This document shows positions 1-7,235 of a stretch of DNA of 9,251 nt, in pieces (position 1 is the first letter of the stretch; every line of letters starts with the position of its first letter). Location of the stretch: NCBI GenBank assembly GCA_043228905.1, contig JBHGNT010001378.1:1-9251 (forward strand), read 5' to 3'. The stretch comes from Azolla caroliniana (taxonomy: Eukaryota > Plantae > Polypodiophyta). A program made the position numbers and the translations under genes. The notes beneath the pieces were generated by a model, which saw only the letters and a list, made by a program, of their open reading frames with translations, did not search any database and was not told the DNA's origin.

Positions 1-3000
1 TTCCATTTCATCAAATCAAGTGAGTCGAGTTTTTTCAGCACAAGTCGAGCTTACCACATCTACATGTCATCGAGTCCTAGCCTCTGCCCTTCTAGATTCT
101 AGAGCCAACTCTTGTTTCATGGATTGTGAATTTGCCTTGTCACAAAACATCCTCTTGAATAAGCTTCCCAGCCCAGTAGCCGTAGGAGTCATTGATGGAC
201 GTCCCATAGCATCAGGAGATATAGTCGAGGAGTCCGAGCCAATTAGGATAGTTCTTGGCAATTTGGCAAGCATAATCTCTTTCAATATTATTCGTAGTCC
301 GGACCACCCAATAGTTCTAGGTCTCTCCTGGTTTGAACTCCATAACCCGAAGATTGATTGGATGAAAAGAACAATTGAGGAGACCCGGGAAAAAAGCACA
401 AATCCCGCATCCGTCTCTCCTACATGTGCTAATAGATCCCCGGAGTTATCGCCCATCTCTTTACGACAGTTGCGGGAGGAAGGGGGGAACGAGGCCATGT
501 TCGTCTTCGCAATAATAGCAACTCCATCATCCACTTCACGTGAAGCGGATATTAAACTACCAGAGAAATACAAGGAGTTTTCAGATGTCTTTGATAAGGT
601 GAAGGCCAATACATTGCCGGAGCATCGGCCATACGATTGCCCTATTGACTTACAACTAGGGAAAGAACCTCCATGGGGCCCAATTTATAATCTCTCCCCT
701 GTAGAGCTAGAGACTTTGCGGGAATATATTGATGAGAATCTGGCAAACGGATTCATTCGACATTCTAGATCCCCTGTTGGTGCACCTATCTTCTTCGTTA
801 AGAAGAAGAATGGGACTCTTCGGTTGGTCGTGGATTATCGAGGACTAAACAAAGTGACTATCCGAAATAGATATGCTCTACCATTAATCCCAAATCTTTT
901 GGAACGTCTCAATGGTACAAAATATTTCACGAAGTTGGACCTTCGTGGAGCATATAATCTAGTTCGGATTCGCCCGGGGGATGAATGGAAGACAGCTTTC
1001 CGCACTCGCTATGGACATTTTGAGTATATAGTGATGCCATTTGGTCTCACGAATGCACCTGCTGTTTTCCAACTTATGGCGAACGATATTTTTCGAGATT
1101 TTCTTGATATCTTCACTATAGTTTACCTAGATGATATTTTAATCTACTCAAAGACCCAAGAGGAGCATGATGAACATGTTCGTCAAGTACTACGCCGACT
1201 CCGAGAATATGGTCTCTACGCAAAATTAGAAAAGTGTAGTTTCGGCCAGAATCAAGTGGAATTTTTGGGGTATGTTGTATCGTCAAATGGTATTGCTATG
1301 GACCCCATGAAGGTACAAGCAATTTTAGAGTGGCAAACGCCCCTTTCAGTGCGTGATGTGCAATGTTTTCTCGGGTTTGCAAATTTTTATCGAAAATTTA
1401 TTAAAGATTATTCCAAGGTTGTGCTTCTGCTTACTCAGCTCACACATAAAGATCAACCATTTATATGGAGTTCAGATGCAGTCGAGGCATTCGAAAGCTT
1501 AAAACGAGCATTTACAACGGCACCTATCTTAGCACATGTCGACCCAATGAAACGCTTCATCCTCGAAGCCGATGCATCCGATTTTGCACTAGGGAGTGTC
1601 CTCTCGCAGACTGGAGATGATGGACAACTACAACCTGTCGCCTTTCATTCACGAAAGTTTGAAGCTGCAGAGATCAACTACGAGATCCATGACAAAGAGC
1701 TTCTTGCAATCGTGGATTCGTTTCAACAATGGCGACATTTCCTAGAAGGTTCTTCTCAACAGATCATTGTCTACAATGATCATAAGAACCTGACTTATTT
1801 CCAAAATGCTCGAGTCTTGAGTCGGCAACAAGCCTGGTGGGCGCAATTTTTGACTCACTTCGACTTTATCATCATATATCGCCCTGGGATGCAGCAAGGC
1901 AAAGCAGATGCTCTTTCTCGACGCTCTTATATGGAACTTCGTCCAGGGGAACCTGCATTTGAGCATAAAAAACAAATCCTTTTGGGTCCTAATCGATTAC
2001 GATTAATGGTAGTTAACGCCATAACAACTCTTGAAAATTCCACTCTTCTTGATTCCATTCGAGATCATATGGCCACTGATGATTTCGTCAAGGATGTTTT
2101 GGATCATATCGTCCCGGATCGTGCTTCTTGCTCACAGTCGAAAAATCCTCGTAATGACTATTGTCAGTTCTATTGGCATGATGGTTTTCTATTTCGACAA
2201 AATTTATTGTATGTTCCTGATGGTCCCCCACGGCTACAAGCTTTGCAACATTGCCATGACTCACCAATGGCTGGTCATTTTGGAGTTCACAAGACTCTAG
2301 AATTAATTTCTCGATGCTATTGGTGGCCTCGCCTTCGTCATTTTGTTGAGGAGTATGTTCGGAGTTGTGATATATGTTGTCGATCAAAGAATCCTCGTCA
2401 CCGACCCTATGGATTACTACAACCACTTCCCATTCCGGAAACACCTTGGAAGTCTATATCCTTGGACTTCATTACTGATCTCCCAGTTTCAAAAGGTTTT
2501 GATGCAATTCTCACAGTGGTTGATCGATTTACCAAAATGGCACATTTCATTCCATGTACAAAGTCGATTACTAGTCAAGAGACGGCTGATCTCGTTATGC
2601 GGGAGGTATTTAAGCATCATGGTCTGCCGGATGATATTATTAGTGATCATGGTTCACAATTCATCTCAAAGTTTTGGAAGCACTTGTTCAAACTTCTCCA
2701 CATTTAAGTTAAGCTTTCTTCAGGCTATCATCCTGAAACAAATGGCCAAACAGAGGGTACCAACCAGACATTGGAACAATATCTTCGTTGTTTCATCAAC
2801 TATCAACAAGATGATTGGGTTGCTTTTTTGCACTTGGCAGAATTTGCTTACAACAACTCAGCCCATTCTTCTACAGGATATTCCCCATTTTTCGCAAATA
2901 CGGGCTGTCATCCTCGGTGGACGATGAATGTGCATCCAGAAGTTCCTACCAACCCTGCTGCCGAGGATCGTCTTAGTTGCCTCCAAGAAATTCAAGCTAA

Positions 3001-3185
3001 CATTCTCCACAATTTGCACGATGCTCAATTTACACACAAGTGATGTTGCATTTCGTCTTGACCTCCCTCCGCACATGCATCTTCATCCGGTGTTTCATGT
3101 ATCCCTTTTGGAACCTTATACTACAAGTTCAATTCCGGGCCGTCTTACGACACCCCCACTACCTGTCGAGTTCTTGGACGGGCCT

Positions 3186-3347
3186 GAATTTGAAGTTGCT
3201 GCCGTTCTCGATTCTAAAATCGTGCGCAACAAGCTGTATTACTTAGTCGATTGGCTAGGCTATACCCCCAATGATCGAACTTGGGAACTTGCCACAAATC
3301 TTTCCAATGCTGCAGAACTCGTCAATGCATTTCATCGCCAATATCCT
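3186..3347 (+). other. Group I chromodomain at the integrase C-terminus
   Basis: EFEVAAVLDSK...YYLVDWLGY...RTWE..NL..A.ELV.AFH retains the F/W/Y aromatic cage residues and is preceded by HPVFHVSLLEPY and a proline-rich linker. Confidence 0.92.
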
Positions 3348-3396
3348 TGTAAACCAGGTCCTAATACAAACCCTACGACTCGTGAGACGTGTCGTC

Positions 3397-3408
3397 GAAG
3401 AAGGGGGG
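3397..3408 (+). other. Polypurine tract (PPT) of the Gypsy element
   Basis: GAAGAAGGGGGG, 3 nt before the TGTCA LTR start. Confidence 0.9.
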
Positions 3409-3452
3409 TAGTGTCATGATAACACTAAGTCACATCATGCATCGAAAGGATC

Positions 3453-3525
3453 ATGACTCGAAAGGATTTGAACCCACGACCTTGTTGTACACATGTCAAA
3501 TCCTTAACCATTGTATTAATATTCT
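3453..3525 (-). other. tRNA-derived (SINE-head-like) Pol III internal promoter in LTR U3, antisense
   Basis: The minus strand has A box TAATACAATGG (3518-3508), variable loop AGGTC and B box GGTTCAAATCC (3474-3464) at canonical tRNA spacing. The stems do not pair, so it is not a functional tRNA. Confidence 0.7.
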
Positions 3526-3564
3526 TATATGTATAGTCTCTAGAATATGAAATCTAATATCATA

Positions 3565-3707
3565 AGAATATTCTATATTACTCTACATTCTAGAATGACC
3601 TAGAATATTCTAGAGTGTTCTATACCACTAGAACCTTCTAGAATACTCTAGAGATCTTCTAGATTACTCTACATTCTAGGATAACCTAGAATATTCTAGA
3701 GTGTTCT
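3565..3707. promoter_or_regulatory. Heat-shock-element-like (nGAAn/nTTCn) array, including a 45-bp direct repeat
   Basis: Perfect aGAAc-cTTCt-aGAAt at 3630-3644. Seven-pentamer phased arrays at 3587-3621 and 3673-3707. Repeat copies at 3577-3621 and 3663-3707. Confidence 0.7.
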
Positions 3708-3715
3708 CTATTACT

Positions 3716-3723
3716 TATAAATA
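3716..3723 (+). promoter_or_regulatory. LTR TATA box
   Basis: TATAAATAGGG, typical of plant LTR promoters, at the expected U3 position. Confidence 0.75.
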
Positions 3724-3921
3724 GGGATGTACCACCCATCCCAAACCTAAATTGGTTCAACGCCATTTTGTAGCCTACTCTTTGTAATCCATTTTACGCT
3801 TCAATATAATAATTCTCTTTCAATTATCTCTCTATCTCTTTTTCTCTCTCTTTCTCTCTCTCAGTCTTGACAATATTCATTATGAGTGGTGGAGCTATTA
3901 TTATGATATTCGTACTATCAT

Positions 3922-3954
3922 TTTCATAAATAGCATACTTTCATAAATAGTATA
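3922..3954. repeat. Short tandem duplication (17-bp period)
   Basis: TTTCATAAATAGCATA (3922-3937) and TTTCATAAATAGTATA (3939-3954). Confidence 0.75.
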
Positions 3955-4303
3955 TTCTTTTTTCCTCGAAAAATGAAATGTCTATTCCCTCAAAACCCTA
4001 CCTTCCCACTTTCTATCTCACAAAAACAGAAAAGTTTTCGAGTGCACAGAATACATAGAGTTTTTTCATCTTCTATTTGCACACAACAATACAACTCTCC
4101 ATCACTTAACAATTTCGACATTTCCCAAGATGAGAACATGCCGATTCTTGTATCAGACGAACTGCGATAGTGGCTGTGCAATAAAGGATTGAAAGGGTAT
4201 TTGCAGGTTGCAGATGCCGAACCACACCCAGGCGCCGTAGAAATCATTCATCAAATCGACGTCGCCAAAATCACCAACAAACAGGTTTTATTATATCTAC
4301 ATA

Positions 4304-4831
4304 TGAAGGGGAAGTATTCGACTAGGGATACTTGACGGGGGAGGTACTAAGGGAACAACTCAAAGGGGTTCAAAGTGGCAAACCCATGAAGCCTATATTC
4401 ACAAGATGGCTTACAATACTCTGCCCAATCCCTAGTTCGGAGGTCATCATAGCACCCCAAGGACAGGGGCGGCCATTAGTGCCATAGACAGCCGCAAGGA
4501 CCCGGAGAGAAGTGCCATGAAAATAATGGCACGAACCAAAGCCGACAACTGTCGACACACAATAGTCAGACTCAGTCAGACAGTCAAAAAACGCACCCGA
4601 GCAGTAGTAGGAGCCAATAACGAACCCTATACCTAACACAATAGTACCGGAGTCAACACAAACTCTGACACCTCCACCTGTTCAAGAACTGCTTCCAAAT
4701 CCCAACGCAACACAAGAATGGGATGGACAAAGCAGAAAGCTCAATGATACCCACAATCAGACAAAGAAGCACCGACTGCGAAACGACAAAGAGTGGAAGC
4801 ACAACAGAAGCAAGCAAAAGAAGAAGGACGT
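4304..4831 (-). repeat. LTR-like (R/U5-type) segment: either a separate LTR remnant hit by the Copia or the distal part of a longer Copia LTR
   Basis: T/G-skewed non-coding minus strand with short hairpins, ending ...TTCCCCTTCA at 4304 where the composition changes. No partner end is visible. Confidence 0.35.
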
Positions 4832-5229
4832 TGTAAAAGAATACGTGTGGAACCTTAACAGACACAACCAGATAACACTAGACAAAAGACAAAGAAGGTT
4901 TAATGGAAAGCTTAACCAACACAATGTACGCAAGGGAGACAGAGAGAGTAGAACACAGAAAACTCTATTCCAAAACAATACTCTAAAAACTTTGTGCATA
5001 GGATGTGCTCAGAGAGCACTTTTATACAAGTCCATATGGATTGATAGAAGTACTGATTCGTACTTCAATGCTCATGAATGAGCCCCTACACTAACTCCTA
5101 AAATATATTCCTTTGCGGAATATCTATCCAAAAACCTAGCCTCCTAGTTTATGCACCGATACAACCTTTAGTTGCTCACCCGGTTTACGCACCGGTTTAC
5201 GTACCCAATGGTGAGCTTGTGTCTCAACA
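4832..5229 (-). repeat. 3' LTR of the Copia element (~398 bp)
   Basis: Begins TGTTGAGAC at 5229, directly after the PPT (firm). TATAAAA at 5026-5020. Best end is ...TTCTTTTACA at 4832 (tentative). Confidence 0.65.
5020..5026 (-). promoter_or_regulatory. Copia LTR TATA box
   Basis: Minus-strand GTATAAAAG about 200 bp into the LTR. Confidence 0.65.
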
Positions 5230-5241
5230 CTCCCCCTCAAG
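5230..5241 (-). other. Copia polypurine tract
   Basis: CTTGAGGGGGAG immediately followed by TGTTGA, the canonical Copia PPT/LTR junction. Confidence 0.92.
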
Positions 5242-5472
5242 CTCAACTTGAGGTTCTACCTGCTCTTTCGGTTCTTCGCTCCGGCATCTCCTGGCTTCAC
5301 GCCTCAGTCGCGCTCCTCAACCCGTTCGATTCTGCACGCCTCGACCCATTCGGTTGGCTTGTCTCCTCATGCGACCTTTCCCATCTCCCTTGTTGTCGTG
5401 GTGTTGGCGCCACTTTAACTGCCCTTTCTTCCAATTGGTCTTTAGTTGATTCGGTGTCTCTAAATCGAACTT

Positions 5473-7235
5473 TCAAACCGAATCGGTTGTCTCCGATTCG
5501 TTTTCGGTCTTTAGGCCCTTGACCACATTTGACCATGTCTTGATCTTGGGCTTCTTGCCCTCCTTGGCTTCATCTCCCCCTCATTCGGCTGACTCCGGCT
5601 CTTCCCTTCGGTTGCTACCCTTGTTTCTGCCTTCAGCTTCTTCAGGCGACCCGAAATCGAGTTCTTCATCCAACTCGACTTTGCTGTCACTTCCGCTCCT
5701 TTCCTGCTCCCTTTCCTGGTCTTTTCTCCCCCTCAAGTTCGGCATGTCGAGGTGTCGCAAACCAAGCGCACCCGAGAATTGCCGCAACTTGTTGAGACCA
5801 AGGGGTTTGGTGAAGATGTCGGCAGTCTACCGATCCGTCCGAACATATACTAGTTCGACTGCACCGGAGAGGACACACTCGCAGATAAAATGGTAGTGCA
5901 CCTCAATGTGCTTGGTCTGGGCGTGGAAGACAGGGTTCTTTTCAAGTTGGATGCTGCTAAGGTTGTCGCAGTAGATCGTCATAGGATTGGACACCTCCAC
6001 ATGCAGATCCTTCAGTAGCCTCTTGAGCCAAATGGCTTCGCATATCGCGACAACCGCTCCTTGATACTCAGTCTCCGTGCTCGACAGTGCAACTGCCGCT
6101 ACTTCTTGCTGCTCCAGGTGATCGCGACGCTCCCAAGTGAGAAAGCGAACCCAGATGTAGATTTACGATCGCCGACGTTTCCGGCCCAATCGGAATCCGA
6201 GTAGCTAACGAGCTGTGCAGCAATACCGGTCCGATATAGCAATGCCCTATCCTTAGTGCCACAGACATAGCACAATATCCTTTGCGCACAAATGAAGGTG
6301 TTCAACCAAGGGGGTGACATAAATTGACTGATCAGGCTGACCAGGTAACTGAGATCCGGCTGAGTGATCGTCAAATAAATTAGGCTTCCGACAATCTGTC
6401 GAAACCGTGTCGGGTCGCACGCCTTTCTCGAATCTCAGCGAAGCTTGACGTTTTTGTCCAGAGGAGCTAAGATGGAATTACAGTCTACCATCCCGAATTG
6501 GAAGAGCATACTCAACACGTAATGTTGTTAGCTGATTAGTATGCCTTCGGTGGTGCGGATCACTTCGATCCCTAGGAAGTAATGAAGGTTCCCTTGGTCC
6601 TTCATGTCGCACAATGCTGCGAGCTGGGACTTTATGCGGCCAATTTCATCTAGGTCGGCGCCGATGACTAAATCATCAACATAAAGTAAAATACTAAGCA
6701 GTCCATGTCGAACTTGCCGGACGAACATTGAAGAGTCCGATTTGGACGTCGCAAATCCCATTTGACGCAGGCGCTGCATGATCTTTGCGTTCCACATGTG
6801 CAGGGCTTGTTTTAGTCCGTAGAGGGACTTCTTCAGTCGGCATAACGCGGAGGTGTTCTTTCTGGATTGAAATCCGGGGGGTTGTACCATGTACACATGT
6901 TCCTCAAGTTCTCCTGGCAAGAACACATTCTTTACATCCATCTGATGTAAATGCCAGCCCTTTACCGCATCTACCGCAACCAGGACACAAGTGGTCGTCA
7001 TCTTCGCGTCCAACACAAAGGTCTCATCGCAGTCAATGCTGTATTGCTGTGCGTATCCCTTTGCCACTAACCGGGCCTTGTGGCAGTTGACAGAGTTTTC
7101 GGTGTTGTACTTGACCTTGTACACCCACCTACATCCAATTGGCTTTACACCCTTTGGGGCGTCCACCAGGTCCTAGGTTTCATTTTCCGCTAATGCGTGC
7201 ATCTCTTCCTCCATTGCGGCACGCCAATTCCGCTA
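5473..7235 (-). pseudogene. pol: Copia reverse transcriptase and RNase H with C-terminal charged extension, disrupted
   Basis: Motifs WRAAMEEEM, CRWVYKVK, KARLVAKG, QMDVKNVF, KSLYGLKQ, YVDD (6672-6683), YSDSDWAG, DRKSTSG, CDN, TKHIEVHYHFI, ADIFTKPL. Several in-frame stops (e.g. 6528, 6099) and a frameshift near 6095. Confidence 0.95.

Larger units (their letters stand above)
2..3419 (+). pseudogene. pol: Gypsy pol polyprotein (protease, RT, RNase H, integrase, chromodomain), disrupted
   Basis: The frame is open from base 2. Motifs: protease ALLDSRAN (DSG>DSR, 95-103); RT KLDLRGAY, MPFGLTNAP and YLDD (1124-1135); RNase H EADASD, ELLAI, DHKNL; integrase H-H-C-C, SLDFI, SDHGSQF, NGQTE. In-frame TAA at 2705-2707, after which the same frame continues to 3040. 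A deletion/frameshift at ~3040 follows, and the final stop TGA at 3417-3419 lies inside the LTR. Confidence 0.95.
1..3872 (+). mobile_element. Ty3/Gypsy LTR retrotransposon, chromovirus (Tcn1/Galadriel-like); 5' LTR, PBS and gag lie upstream of the window
   Basis: Domain order PR-RT-RNaseH-INT-chromodomain, then a PPT and a TGTCA...TGACA-bounded LTR. The clade is inferred from the group I chromodomain and motif style, not from a search. Confidence 0.96.
3412..3872 (+). repeat. 3' LTR of the Gypsy element (461 bp)
   Basis: Starts TGTCATGA after the PPT and ends TCTTGACA (7/8 inverted match). Contains TATAAATA at 3716, an AATATAA poly(A)-like signal near 3803 and a CT-rich U5. Candidate right-hand TSD is ATATT (3873-3877). 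The partner LTR is not in the window. Confidence 0.88.

Noticed and set aside
67-609. 180-aa minus-strand ORF and other short ORFs overlapping pol regions
   Set aside because: Antisense or alternate-frame shadows of pol with no motifs.
20-2707. Bacterial RT system (retron, DGR, group II intron) or an intact active gene
   Set aside because: The RT is fused to protease, RNase H and integrase in Gypsy order with PPT and LTR. The GTG start is an ORF-caller artefact because the frame is open to the window edge.
2705-2707. Programmed stop-codon readthrough
   Set aside because: The stop lies within the integrase catalytic core and has no CARYYA-type context. A nonsense mutation is simpler.
3453-3525. 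Functional tRNA-His(GTG) gene
   Set aside because: The acceptor, D and anticodon stems do not pair and positions 32/37 are non-canonical. It is kept only as a tRNA-derived promoter relic.
3577-3707. CRISPR-like repeat-spacer pattern
   Set aside because: Only two copies, inside a eukaryotic LTR; the 'spacer' is made of the same CTAGA motif; no cas genes.
4739-4753. tRNA-iMet PBS-like TGGGTATCATTGAGC on the minus strand
   Set aside because: It needs indels to match TGGTATCAGAGC, is not preceded by an LTR-terminal CA, and no gag follows.
4370-4999. Hydrophobic minus-strand ORFs resembling membrane peptides
   Set aside because: Expected from T/G-rich LTR-type sequence; they overlap in several frames and have no conserved motif.
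5405-5412. TGGCGCCA, resembling a tRNA-Lys PBS
   Set aside because: Short palindrome not adjacent to any LTR end; likely chance.
5172-5896. Plus-strand ORFs 5172-5522 and 5519-5896 as antisense or env-like genes
   Set aside because: They are Ser/Leu/Pro-rich shadows of the purine-rich minus strand, with no recognisable domain.
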